A DNA stretch of 64,000 nt from Desulfobacterales bacterium. Its GTDB lineage: Bacteria > Desulfobacterota > Desulfobacteria > Desulfobacterales > JAIPEE01. Made by a program: the position numbers and the translations under genes. The stretch covers positions 115,525-179,524 of the forward strand of contig JAIPEE010000002.1 in NCBI GenBank assembly GCA_021737275.1. Reading direction: 5' to 3'. Below are positions 1 to 9,617 of the stretch, in pieces; positions within the stretch are counted from its first letter, which is position 1; the number at the start of each line of letters is the position of its first letter. The notes beneath the pieces are model-generated. The model saw nothing but the letters and a program-made list of their open reading frames with translations, was not told the DNA's origin and did not search any database.

Positions 1-400
1 AGTAGGCCATAAAAATGATCATCGAAAACCGGGCCAGTTCTGACGGCTGGATTGTAAATCCGCCTAAACGAAGCCATCTGACAGAGCCACCGGCAGATAT
101 GCCAAAGCCGGAAACCTGAATAGCCACTAGCAGCGCCAGTGAAATACCGAGCAGGGGATAAACCATTGCCCGATACCATCTGTAAGGTATGTGTTTGCAT
201 GCGATCAGTATTGCCATTCCTGCCAGTGCAAACAGGGCCTGTCTTTTAAGGAAATAATAATCAGAGCCGTATTTTTTCAATGCAAGGGCTGAGCTGGCAC
301 TATAGACCATGACAATTCCAATACCGGCCAGGAAAATGACCGGAAACAGAAGTTTCATATCATAAATGCCAAATCGGGCTTGTTTACTGCCTTTAGCCAT
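1..400 (-). CDS. ftsW: Cell division protein FtsW (5' part; runs off the window)
   Basis: Manual translation from ATG at 400: MAKGSKQARFGIYDMKLLFPVIFLAGIGIVMVYSASS. This is the SEDS N-terminus 'GxxMVYSAS'; lies directly after murD. Confidence 0.9.
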   Translation of the reverse strand, partial: MAKGSKQARFGIYDMKLLFPVIFLAGIGIVMVYSASSALALKKYGSDYYFLKRQALFALAGMAILIACKHIPYRWYRAMVYPLLGISLALLVAIQVSGFGISAGGSVRWLRLGGFTIQPSELARFSMIIFMAY

Positions 401-1754
401 AATGTTTCAGCCTCTTGACTTCTTTTGAAAAATCATCACCGCGTTCTGAGTAATTGTTATACATGTCGAAACTCGAGCATGCCGGAGAAAGCAGCACAAT
501 ATCTCCCGGATCAGAGTAGCCGGTTGCCATATCAACTGCTTCGGACATGCTTTTAACGGCCTGTGAAGGCACCTTATTCCCGACGGCCTCTTTAATTTTA
601 TTCGTTGCTTCACCCATGATAATCAGCTTTTTTACTTTTGATTTGATCATGGACGCCATACAGCGATAATTACCACCCTTGTCCCGGCCACCCATAATGA
701 GGATGACGGGGGCATCAAATCCTTCAAGCGCTCTTATGACGGCATCGATATTGGTAGCCTTGGAATCATCATAAAACTCAACACCATTGACCGTTTCCAC
801 ATATTGCACCCGATGGGGAAGGCCCTTAAAGCTGTTCAGCGTGTTTCGGATACCTTCCGGCGTCGCACCGGCACCAAGTGCTGCAAGGCATCCGGCAGCA
901 ATATTTTCCCTGTTGTGTTGTCCTTTAAGTTTTGATTTTGAAAGATCAAATGAAATATTCTTAAAGTTTTCCGTATTGAATGTAAGGTCGTTATTTTCAA
1001 GCACCGCACCTTTGTCGGAATTTAAAAGGCGGCCGTAATACAGTTTTTTACTTACAAAATTTTTACTGACCGATCTGACAAAACGGTCCGATCCATTCAG
1101 AACGGCTATGTCACTATCATCCTGATTCATGAAGAGGCGGCCTTTGGAGCGTGCATAATCCTGCATATTCTTATAGCGATCCAGGTGATCTTCTGAAATA
1201 TTTAAAAGAACACCCACCGCCGGTTTAAACTTGTCTGCCGTATCCATCTGAAAGCTGCTGATTTCAGCGACAACCACATCGGCACCACCGCCTTCAGCTA
1301 CATAATCAATAAGTGGCGATCCGATATTGCCGCCTACAAAAACTTTTTTACCGGAAGCCTTCAGCATTTCGCCAATAAGTGTTGTTGTTGTCGTTTTACC
1401 ATTTGTGCCGGTGATGGCCACAATCGGTTCTTTTATAAAAAGAGATGCAAGTTCAATTTCACCGATAACCGGAATGCCCTTGGATCCGGCCACTATTACA
1501 GGCGTAATTGTATGGGGGACGCCAGGACTGAGAACAATAAGATCAGCGTTGTCAAAAGTGCCCTGGCTGTGCATGCCCAGCTCAAGAGAAATCCCCATAC
1601 CTTCAAGATCTGAAATCGCATCCGGCAGATTCCGTTTTCCGGTTATATCCGTTGCTGTAACCCGGGCACCCTGCTGTTTCAGGAAGCGCGCTGACGCGAT
1701 ACCTGATTTTCCCAGGCCCACAACAACCGTATTTTTATTTTCAAGCTCCATCAT
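393..1754 (-). CDS. murD: UDP-N-acetylmuramoyl-L-alanine--D-glutamate ligase
   Basis: VVGLGKSG, ITGTNGKTTT, DDSKATN, LLSPACSSFDM motifs; dcw order. Confidence 0.97.
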   Translation of the reverse strand: MMELENKNTVVVGLGKSGIASARFLKQQGARVTATDITGKRNLPDAISDLEGMGISLELGMHSQGTFDNADLIVLSPGVPHTITPVIVAGSKGIPVIGEIELASLFIKEPIVAITGTNGKTTTTTLIGEMLKASGKKVFVGGNIGSPLIDYVAEGGGADVVVAEISSFQMDTADKFKPAVGVLLNISEDHLDRYKNMQDYARSKGRLFMNQDDSDIAVLNGSDRFVRSVSKNFVSKKLYYGRLLNSDKGAVLENNDLTFNTENFKNISFDLSKSKLKGQHNRENIAAGCLAALGAGATPEGIRNTLNSFKGLPHRVQYVETVNGVEFYDDSKATNIDAVIRALEGFDAPVILIMGGRDKGGNYRCMASMIKSKVKKLIIMGEATNKIKEAVGNKVPSQAVKSMSEAVDMATGYSDPGDIVLLSPACSSFDMYNNYSERGDDFSKEVKRLKHYG

Positions 1755-1764
1755 TACTTTTCCA

Positions 1765-2844
1765 CTACCTGAGTTTCAATGTACTCAGTGAAATCAGCGC
1801 CAGCATAATAGCGATGATCCAGAACCTTACAATTACTTTTGGTTCAGCCCAGCCCTTAAGCTCAAAATGGTGATGCAGGGGCGCCATTTTAAATATGCGC
1901 TTGCCCCCGGTGATTTTAAAATAGCTGACCTGAAAAATGACTGAAAATGCTTCAATTACAAAGATACCGCCCACAAGTATGAGCAGAATTTCCTGTTTTG
2001 TAATAACGGCAACCGCACCGATGGCGGCTCCAATTGAAAGAGAACCGACATCGCCCATGAATACCTGGGCCGGGTATGCGTTGAACCATAGAAAGCCCAG
2101 ACCGGCACCGGCCAGGGCGCCACAGAAGACAACAATTTCACCACATCCGGGCACATAATTGATTTGGAGGTAATCGGCCAGTTTGACGTGACCGGCTACA
2201 TAGGCCAGAAGCATATATGTTGCAGCGGTGATGATGATTGGGCCTATCGCAAGACCATCAAGACCGTCTGTCAGATTAACGGCATTTGATGTCGCCACAA
2301 TAATCAGTGCGGCAAAAATAATATAACCCCGCCCGAAATCCGGTGAGAGATTTTTAAAAAAGGGAATGGTCACTTCAGTGGAAAAACCATTGCATGACCA
2401 GACCATGAAGCCGGCAACCAGCGCCAGAAGGCACTGCAGGATGAATTTACCGGTAGCGGTTAACCCCTTATTTCTCTTTCTGACCTGCATAAGGTAGTCA
2501 TCAATAAAACCGATAATACCAAAGCCTACCGTGATAAACAGTATGATCCACACAAAGCTGTTTGTGAGATCCGCCCAGAGCAGGGTGGATGTAGTAAGTG
2601 AAAACAGAATCAGTGTGCCGCCCATCGTCGGGGTGCCGGCTTTTTTGTGATGTGACTCGGGGCCGAGTTTACGGATATACTGACCAATCTGCATTTCGGT
2701 CAGTTTCCTGATGAACCAGGGGCCAAGTATAAAACAAATCAGCAGAGACGTAATACCGGCATAAATAGTCCTGAATGTAATGTATCGGAATACATTAAAG
2801 ACCGATATTGTTGTATGAAGCGGAAATAGAAGATGATAAATCAT
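1765..2844 (-). CDS. mraY: Phospho-N-acetylmuramoyl-pentapeptide transferase
   Basis: [38 protein letters not shown] motifs. Confidence 0.98.
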   Translation of the reverse strand: MIYHLLFPLHTTISVFNVFRYITFRTIYAGITSLLICFILGPWFIRKLTEMQIGQYIRKLGPESHHKKAGTPTMGGTLILFSLTTSTLLWADLTNSFVWIILFITVGFGIIGFIDDYLMQVRKRNKGLTATGKFILQCLLALVAGFMVWSCNGFSTEVTIPFFKNLSPDFGRGYIIFAALIIVATSNAVNLTDGLDGLAIGPIIITAATYMLLAYVAGHVKLADYLQINYVPGCGEIVVFCGALAGAGLGFLWFNAYPAQVFMGDVGSLSIGAAIGAVAVITKQEILLILVGGIFVIEAFSVIFQVSYFKITGGKRIFKMAPLHHHFELKGWAEPKVIVRFWIIAIMLALISLSTLKLR

Positions 2845-2884
2845 AGTGCCTCGTACTGCTGATTAATAGTTTAATTTACTTCTG

Positions 2885-4306
2885 TTAACAATTTCCCCAT
2901 TCCTGGAGATCTTTTATGGCCTGTTCCATGCCCATGGATCGTGAGCCTTTGACCAGAACCCAGTCGCCATTGTCGAGAATTTTGGTCATATCCTCAATAA
3001 TCTCCGACAGGCTACCGGTAAAGACATCAATACTGCTGTTTTGTTTTTTTGCACCAACTGCAACGGAATCTGCATACTTGCCGGTCACATAAAGCTTGTT
3101 GATATTCGTATCAGCAGCAATACCGCCAATTTTTTGGTGCAGGGTTTCCGCATGATTTCCGAGTTCCATCATGTCGCCGATAACCAGAAAGCCTTTTTTT
3201 CCTTTTCTCACGATACTGAATGTATTTATGGCCGCTTCCATTGATCCCGGGTTGGCATTATATGTGTCGTCAATAATACTTATACCGTTACCGGTTTTTA
3301 AAATATTCAAACGTCCGTTTACAGCCCTGAAACTTTCCAGGCCTGATTTGATATCCTCAGCTGTAAGGCCGATCAGGTGTCCCACTGTTGCTGCAGCCAG
3401 TGCATTGGAAACCATAAATATTCCCGGAATGTTCAGACCGACATCAATGCTGCCCGATGGCAGTTGTATTTTAAATTTTGTTCCATCCGGTGTCTGTTTG
3501 ATAGCGAACGCCCTGATATCTGATTTTTCTGAAATGCCAAACAAAATTTTTTTACACCCGGTTTTTTTTGAAAGTGCATCACAAAAGGGATCATCCGCAT
3601 TCAGTATAGCTGTCGCATTCCGGCCCAGTTCTTCAAGTATTTCACCTTTGGCATGCATGACGCCTTCAATACTGCCCACTCCTTCAAGGTGTGCATGACC
3701 AATGTTGGTAATAAGGCCATATTGAGGATCAGCAATCCGGGCCAGCCGCCGGATCTCTCCGGGGTGGTTCATTCCCATTTCTACGACAACATAAGCATGT
3801 TCTGATCTGATACGAAGCAGGGTAAGCGGTAGCCCGATTTCATTGTTCAGATTACCGGTGGTATAAAGCACCGGATGGCGCCTGTTGATTATTGCTGCCG
3901 TCATCTCTTTTGTTGTCGTTTTTCCGTTTGAACCGGTAATCGCGATAACCGGTATGTTCGATCTTTTGAGATGGAAGTTGGCCAGATCTCCCAACCCCCG
4001 GGTCGTATCGGTTACAGCAATGCACACAATGGTATCGTCTCCTGCGCAGACCTCAGGCAGTAAATTTTTGCTGGAGTGGTGGATTAAGAGGCCTTTGACA
4101 CCGTTGCCGATAACAGAATGTGCAAAGCTGAATCCGTCATAATTTTGTCCTTTGATGGCAACAAAAAAATCGGTTTTATTAATAATTCTGGAATCTATGG
4201 AGATGTCGGAAAAGGATTGTTCACGGCTTCCCTGAAGCATCTCTCCACCTGTTGCCGTCAAAAGATCAGACACGGTCCAGATTATATTTGTATGGCTATC
4301 CGGCAT
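2885..4306 (-). CDS. murF: UDP-MurNAc-tripeptide--D-Ala-D-Ala ligase
   Basis: ITGSNGKTTTKE, NLNNEIGLP, EMGMNHPGEI, DDTYNANP, VKGSR. Confidence 0.97.
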   Translation of the reverse strand: MPDSHTNIIWTVSDLLTATGGEMLQGSREQSFSDISIDSRIINKTDFFVAIKGQNYDGFSFAHSVIGNGVKGLLIHHSSKNLLPEVCAGDDTIVCIAVTDTTRGLGDLANFHLKRSNIPVIAITGSNGKTTTKEMTAAIINRRHPVLYTTGNLNNEIGLPLTLLRIRSEHAYVVVEMGMNHPGEIRRLARIADPQYGLITNIGHAHLEGVGSIEGVMHAKGEILEELGRNATAILNADDPFCDALSKKTGCKKILFGISEKSDIRAFAIKQTPDGTKFKIQLPSGSIDVGLNIPGIFMVSNALAAATVGHLIGLTAEDIKSGLESFRAVNGRLNILKTGNGISIIDDTYNANPGSMEAAINTFSIVRKGKKGFLVIGDMMELGNHAETLHQKIGGIAADTNINKLYVTGKYADSVAVGAKKQNSSIDVFTGSLSEIIEDMTKILDNGDWVLVKGSRSMGMEQAIKDLQEWGNC

Positions 4307-5819
4307 GTTTTTTAAGTGCCTTTGTTATCTCAATTCTGTCATCAAACTGAATTGTTTCTTTGCCGATAATTTGATAATTCTCATGGCCTTTGCCGGCCAC
4401 AAGCACAGTGTCCCCGGGCACGGAAACCGTAATGGCAAGATCAATTGCCTTCCTTCTGTCCGGTACCACGGCATATCCTTTGTCCCTAAATCCTGATTCA
4501 ATCGTATCGGGCACATATTTGTGTATGCTATTAAACTCATTTGCCGAGAGAATATCCGCAATAATATTTTTCGGCTTTTCCGTGCGCGGATTGTCAGATG
4601 TCACGATTGCCAGATCACTGAAGCGTGCAGCAATGTCGCCCATCATAGGCCGTTTTGCACGATCACGATCACCACCGCATCCGAAAACAGATATAATGCG
4701 GCCGGTTGTCAATTTTTTAAGTGCCGACAAAACATTTTTCAGTGCATCCGGTGTATGGGCATAATCAACGTAAATATATCGCCCTTTTTCATCTGCAATT
4801 TTTTCAAGTCTGCCGGGTACATTCGTCAGTGCATCGATTCCGGATCTCATTTCACTGGCGGATAAACCCATGCCGGCAGCAATGCCGGCAGCAATTAAAA
4901 TGTTTTCAAGATTGTGGGCACCGACCAGGACTGATGAAAATTCAAGCCTGCTGCCCGGCATAATAAGAGACCCCCTGATGCCGTCTCTGTCATGTATGCA
5001 GTCATGCGGTTTTATAAGATTCAAGGGACCGTGGCCCACAGAAAGTTTTTTTGTGTTCAGTTCGTTAAAAAGGGCCTTTCCTTTGGGATCATCACAGTTA
5101 ATAACAGCCTGAGCCCGTTTTCTCTTGGGACCGATTTGAATAATTTCCGTAAAGAGCCGTTTCTTGCATGCCCAGTATTCGTCCATGGTGTTGTGATAAT
5201 CGAGATGATCCTGGGTCAGGTTTGTAAAGGCAACCAGGTCGAACCGGCAGTGGGCAATCCGTGACATATCAATGGCGTGGGATGAAATCTCCATGATGAC
5301 ATGGGTGACGCCGGCATCCCGCATTTCAGCAAGAATCTTCTGAAGATCAAGCGATTCCGGTGTTGTCATATGGTTTTCGAATGTATTGCTCATGTATCGA
5401 TAGTTGATTGTACCGATAACGCCGGGTTTGAAGCCGGCACATTCAAGGATGCTTTCAACCATATATGTGACCGTTGTTTTGCCATTGGTGCCGGTAATGC
5501 CCGTCATGTGGAGATGCTCGGAAGGGTTTCCGTAAAACCGGCTTGAGACGGAAGCCAGCGTTTTTCTTGTATCTCTGACCTGAACGCACACTTTGCTGCA
5601 GCTAACCGGTTTTTGAGCGATGATGGCTGATGCCCCTTTTTCAATTGCAGTATCAATGTAATCGTGACCGTCCGCTTTTAATCCGGGAATGGCAACGAAA
5701 AGGCCACCCGGCTTCACCGTTCGGGTGTCATAATGTATAGACGTGATTTCAGGGTTTATGGCTGAGTCATAATCCTGATTTTCTATCTCAGTACTTTTCA
5801 GTAAATCAGACAGCGTCAC
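4296..5819 (-). CDS. murE: UDP-MurNAc-dipeptide--meso-diaminopimelate ligase
   Basis: ITGTNGKTT, DYAHTPDAL, FGCGGDRD, DNPR (meso-DAP specificity motif), GKGHENYQ; GTG start with GAGG RBS. Confidence 0.97.
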   Translation of the reverse strand: MTLSDLLKSTEIENQDYDSAINPEITSIHYDTRTVKPGGLFVAIPGLKADGHDYIDTAIEKGASAIIAQKPVSCSKVCVQVRDTRKTLASVSSRFYGNPSEHLHMTGITGTNGKTTVTYMVESILECAGFKPGVIGTINYRYMSNTFENHMTTPESLDLQKILAEMRDAGVTHVIMEISSHAIDMSRIAHCRFDLVAFTNLTQDHLDYHNTMDEYWACKKRLFTEIIQIGPKRKRAQAVINCDDPKGKALFNELNTKKLSVGHGPLNLIKPHDCIHDRDGIRGSLIMPGSRLEFSSVLVGAHNLENILIAAGIAAGMGLSASEMRSGIDALTNVPGRLEKIADEKGRYIYVDYAHTPDALKNVLSALKKLTTGRIISVFGCGGDRDRAKRPMMGDIAARFSDLAIVTSDNPRTEKPKNIIADILSANEFNSIHKYVPDTIESGFRDKGYAVVPDRRKAIDLAITVSVPGDTVLVAGKGHENYQIIGKETIQFDDRIEITKALKKHAG

Positions 5820-7554
5820 GTAAGGCCTCTTTAATTATTGAAACGGTTAACTTTTCTGCATTTTTTTCCGGGGAAACATTAAAATAGGATAATGTTTCAA
5901 GCGCAATTTTCTTAAAAGCCGGTCCGGCCACAATGCCGCCATAGTGATTGCCGTGGGGTTCATCTACAACGACCAGTATGGCAAATTCAGGATTCTGTTC
6001 GGGTACAAAGCCAACAAAAGAGGCTATATATTTGTCTTTGGCATATGTACCTGATTTGTCGATTTTCTGGGCGGTGCCGGTTTTTCCGCAAACCCGATAT
6101 CCTTCAAGAGCTGCGTTTCCGCCCGTGCCGCCTTCGGTAACCACTGTTGCCATAATGCGTTTGACGGCCATAGCTGTTTTCGCAGATATGGCCCGTCTGA
6201 CCACTTCAGGGCCAAAACTTTTAATCAGTCCTTCATTTGTATCGGTAATGGCCTGGACAATATAGGGCTTCATGAGAACGCCGTCATTGGCAATCGCTGA
6301 AGCAGCGGTAACAAGCTGAAGTGCAGAAACAGAAACACCCTGACCGAAGGAGATAGCCCCGGTATCAATACTTTTCCACAGGCTGTAATGGGATAGGCTT
6401 CCATTAGATTCGCCGGGACATTCAATGCCGGTTTTTTCTCCAAATCCGAAATCAAGATAGGTTTTATGCAATCTGGCTGCGCCTATGGACTCGCTGATTT
6501 TTATGGAACCGATATTGCTCGAAAACTTGACAATCTGCTGAACCGAGAGCCAGCCATAGTCATGGGTGTCATGAACCGTATTGGGCCCGATTCTGTATTC
6601 TCCGTTTTCACAAAAGAAAATGGTGTCGGGTGTGCAAATGCCTGATTCCAGTGCAGCGGCAGTGCTGAAAATTTTCATGGTTGATCCCGGCTCAAACGGA
6701 TCGGTAATTAACCTGTTTCTCCAGTCTTCCCGGCTGAATCTCTCAAATGCATTTGGATTGAAAAGGGGGAAATGGGCAAGGGCAAGTATGGCACCGGTTT
6801 TTGGAACCATTACAATAGCCATGCCGGATTTGGCGGAATATTTGGTTGCCGCTTCTTCAAGGGCTTTTTCAGCGATGTACTGTACATTCCGGTCGATGGT
6901 AAGAACGATGTTACTGCCGCCTGTTCCGGTTGCCGCATATACTTTTTCGGTTTCAAATCCGCGCCCCAGGGCATCCGTCAGTACAGTTCTCTTGTCTGTC
7001 TCTCCCCTGAGATATGAGTCATAATAAAATTCAAGGCCTTCCAGCCCGTGCCCGTCCAGGCCTGAAAAGCCCAGTACCTGGGCAGCAAGAGTTTTGCCGG
7101 GATAAAACCGGCAGGTTTCAGGAATGAAGCCAATTCCGGCCAGTTTCAGTGTTTTTATTTCAGCGGATTCGCTGGGCGTAACTTTTCTTTTGATCCAGAC
7201 AAAAGACCTTTTGTCAGACAATTTTTTGACAAGCTCACTTCTTTTGAGCTCAAGTATTTTTGCAAGGGCAATGGCCGTTTTTTGAACATCTTCAATTTGG
7301 GCAGGGTAGGCAGCAACGGAGACGGCATCAATACTGACAGCCATTTCATTCATGTTTTTATCGTAGATAGCACCTCTTTTACCCTGTGTAGTGATAGATT
7401 TTTCGTACTGGCGTTCAGCTTTCTGGGTGAGCCATGTGCCACGAAGCACCTGAATATATGTCGCCTTGATGCCTATTGCAGCCAGACCAAGGCTGAAAAT
7501 AACACCAATCAGGATAATACGCATGTTTTGATTTTTGTCCGTTTTCTGCTTCAT
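5806..7554 (-). CDS. ftsI: Penicillin-binding protein 3 (septal transpeptidase)
   Basis: N-terminal TM segment, RG.IYD, EPGSTMK (SxxK), SSN (SxN), GKTGT (KTG). Confidence 0.95.
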   Translation of the reverse strand: MKQKTDKNQNMRIILIGVIFSLGLAAIGIKATYIQVLRGTWLTQKAERQYEKSITTQGKRGAIYDKNMNEMAVSIDAVSVAAYPAQIEDVQKTAIALAKILELKRSELVKKLSDKRSFVWIKRKVTPSESAEIKTLKLAGIGFIPETCRFYPGKTLAAQVLGFSGLDGHGLEGLEFYYDSYLRGETDKRTVLTDALGRGFETEKVYAATGTGGSNIVLTIDRNVQYIAEKALEEAATKYSAKSGMAIVMVPKTGAILALAHFPLFNPNAFERFSREDWRNRLITDPFEPGSTMKIFSTAAALESGICTPDTIFFCENGEYRIGPNTVHDTHDYGWLSVQQIVKFSSNIGSIKISESIGAARLHKTYLDFGFGEKTGIECPGESNGSLSHYSLWKSIDTGAISFGQGVSVSALQLVTAASAIANDGVLMKPYIVQAITDTNEGLIKSFGPEVVRRAISAKTAMAVKRIMATVVTEGGTGGNAALEGYRVCGKTGTAQKIDKSGTYAKDKYIASFVGFVPEQNPEFAILVVVDEPHGNHYGGIVAGPAFKKIALETLSYFNVSPEKNAEKLTVSIIKEALRDAV

Positions 7555-7847
7555 GGGATAACAATCATCTGTTCGGGTGTCGGTGTTACAAGTCCTAGTT
7601 TTTTTTCAGCAATTTTTGAAATCCTTTCCGGGGATTTCAAATGGGTAATTTCAATTTTTAAATTATTCTGAAGCATTTCAAGTTGTTGGTGCCGTCTTGT
7701 TTCATTGGCAATTTCATACCCTGTTCTGACACACTGTACGCGGCACCAGGTGTAAAACAGGAGTTCGGTAATAAAAAAAAGGAGTATGATAATCCAGAGT
7801 CCCAGCTGTTTTTTTTCCTTTACTTTGATGCCGTTTTTTTTATTCAT
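7551..7847 (-). CDS. ftsL: Cell division protein FtsL
   Basis: Short protein with one TM segment, a coiled coil and 'LKSPERISKIAEKKLGL'; lies between rsmH and ftsI. Confidence 0.85.
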   Translation of the reverse strand: MNKKNGIKVKEKKQLGLWIIILLFFITELLFYTWCRVQCVRTGYEIANETRRHQQLEMLQNNLKIEITHLKSPERISKIAEKKLGLVTPTPEQMIVIP

Positions 7848-7865
7848 GGTTGTCGGCAGTAATGC

Positions 7866-8804
7866 TCAAATCTTTTCAATGGCCCTTAGTCTGGTGCTTC
7901 TTGCCATCGGATTTATTTCAATTTCATCCGGTCCGGGTTTTACAACCTTGCGTGTTAAAATTTGAACTTCCTTCTTTTCGCTGCAGGTGCACACCGGAAA
8001 TCCGGGTGGGCAAATACAGCTTCTTTCCAGAGCCTTAAATTTTTGTTTAACAATTCTGTCTTCCAGTGAATGGAAGGCCAGTACACACATTCTGCCGCCG
8101 GGATATAAATAATCCACAGCTGTCTCCATGAATGTTTCGAGTCGTTCAAGTTCCCTGTTCACTGCAATCCTGAGTGCCATGAACACCCTGGTTGCCGGGT
8201 GAATTTTCGCACTTTTTTGCAGCTTTCTGGGAATGGCCGAGCAGACGAGGTCTGCCAGTTGCTTGCTTGTTGTAATTGCTTGCTCCTGTCGTGCCCTGGT
8301 AATTTTGTTGGCGATCTGTTTTGCCTTTCGCTCTTCACCGTACTTTTTGAAAATGCTTGTCAATTCGGCGTTACTAAGTGAGTTTACAAGATCTTCAGCA
8401 GTCGTGTCTGAGTTGCTGTCCATCCGCATATCCAGAGGTTCATCCAGGTTAAAGCTGAAACCACGCCCACTGTATTTCAGTTGGTATAAAGAGACCCCGA
8501 GATCAATCAGGATGCCGTTAACATTGTTAAGATTGAGTGAGGAAAGGATTTCCGGAAGATCGACAAAATTGTTATTAAAGAGGCGGACATTGTCTTTGTA
8601 AGGCTCAAGTACCTTTTCGGCATTTTTGATGGCTGCCCCATCCTGATCAATTCCGATCAGGATGCCGTCAGGAAGTATTCTTTCAAGGATATCCCTTGAA
8701 TGTCCTGCACCGCCAAGTGTGCAATCTACAATAATATTTCCCGGTTTGCAGTCGAGATATTGTATGACTTCCTTTGGCATTACGGAAATATGTCGGTATG
8801 GCAT
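7866..8804 (-). CDS. rsmH: 16S rRNA m4C1402 methyltransferase
   Basis: HISVM, DCTLGGAGHS, PLDMRMD, HPATRVFMALRIAVN, FHSLEDRIVK, NPMARS. Confidence 0.98.
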   Translation of the reverse strand: MPYRHISVMPKEVIQYLDCKPGNIIVDCTLGGAGHSRDILERILPDGILIGIDQDGAAIKNAEKVLEPYKDNVRLFNNNFVDLPEILSSLNLNNVNGILIDLGVSLYQLKYSGRGFSFNLDEPLDMRMDSNSDTTAEDLVNSLSNAELTSIFKKYGEERKAKQIANKITRARQEQAITTSKQLADLVCSAIPRKLQKSAKIHPATRVFMALRIAVNRELERLETFMETAVDYLYPGGRMCVLAFHSLEDRIVKQKFKALERSCICPPGFPVCTCSEKKEVQILTRKVVKPGPDEIEINPMARSTRLRAIEKI

Positions 8805-8808
8805 AAAA

Positions 8809-9255
8809 TCAGAGCCCTAACTTTGCGATGTCGTTTCTTACATCCTCCTTCTCCATATCCTCTTCCATGAAAGCGTTCTCCTTATCCCAGTCTTCTCGGG
8901 ACCAGATTTCAAAATGAGAAAGCACTCCTGCGAGTACGATCTCTTTTTCCAGCCCGGCATACTGTCTTAAAGATGGCGGGATTAGAATGCGCCCCTGTTT
9001 GTCGCATGAACAATCAAATGCCCCGCCAATGAAGACCCTTCGGAAACGACGCATATGGTCGCTCTTTTCAGCAAGGGATAGTACTTTGGCTTCTATTTTT
9101 GCCCACTCTTCCATCGTGTAGGCAAAAAGGCACTTATCCATGCGGGTGACCATGATACTGCCGTTACTTCCGGCTTTTATGACATCACGGAACCTTGCAG
9201 GGATGATTATCCGGCCCTTGAGATCAATTGTATGATAGGAGCTGCCTCTAAACAT
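8809..9255 (-). CDS. mraZ: Division/cell wall cluster transcriptional repressor MraZ
   Basis: IDLKGRIIIP and DKQGRILIP (two AbrB-like DxxGR motifs), EIWS; first gene of dcw. Confidence 0.98.
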   Translation of the reverse strand: MFRGSSYHTIDLKGRIIIPARFRDVIKAGSNGSIMVTRMDKCLFAYTMEEWAKIEAKVLSLAEKSDHMRRFRRVFIGGAFDCSCDKQGRILIPPSLRQYAGLEKEIVLAGVLSHFEIWSREDWDKENAFMEEDMEKEDVRNDIAKLGL

Positions 9256-9260
9256 AATTC

Positions 9261-9285
9261 ACCAATATTATCCACTTTCCACCAC
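9261..9285 (-). promoter_or_regulatory. MraZ binding boxes (three repeats, 10-bp period)
   Basis: Minus strand reads GTGGT-ggaaa-GTGGA-taata-TTGGT just upstream of the mraZ start. This matches the known GTGG-type direct repeats with 5-nt spacers. Confidence 0.75.
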
Positions 9286-9400
9286 TGTTTATATTCTAAA
9301 AGTATATTTTTCGGTTTCTGTCAAGAAAAAAATAGTAATTCTAATAAATTTTCCCTTTTATTTTCTATATTTGAGTGGATTTTAACATTAAATTTTTTAA

Positions 9401-9425
9401 GTGGAGTTTTGTGGGTAAAAAGGTG
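9401..9425 (+). promoter_or_regulatory. Second, oppositely oriented set of MraZ-like boxes
   Basis: Plus strand GTGGA-gtttt-GTGGG-taaaa-AGGTG, 10-bp period. Confidence 0.55.
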
Positions 9426-9482
9426 AAACATGAGCTTGCTATGTCATATTGTTATCTGTTTTATATTTAGTGAGAAGGATAC

Positions 9483-9512
9483 TTGACAAGATATCGATTG
9501 GATTGCTAAATT
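9483..9512 (+). promoter_or_regulatory. Sigma70-type promoter of the PilB-like gene
   Basis: TTGACA-N18-TAAATT with a TG extended -10 motif, about 105 nt before the ATG at 9618. Confidence 0.6.
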
Positions 9513-9617
9513 TATCAGATTATTAAAACTTTTTTTGTTATTTATTCCGGTGGGAAATCAACAGTTTTTCAACCTGATATCCGGACCCGGTTTTTACATA
9601 CAATCTGAGGTACTGAA

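Noticed and set aside
1-9255. Many short antisense or alternate-frame ORFs over dcw and other housekeeping genes
   Set aside because: They fully overlap well-supported genes and show no motifs or RBS; shadow ORFs
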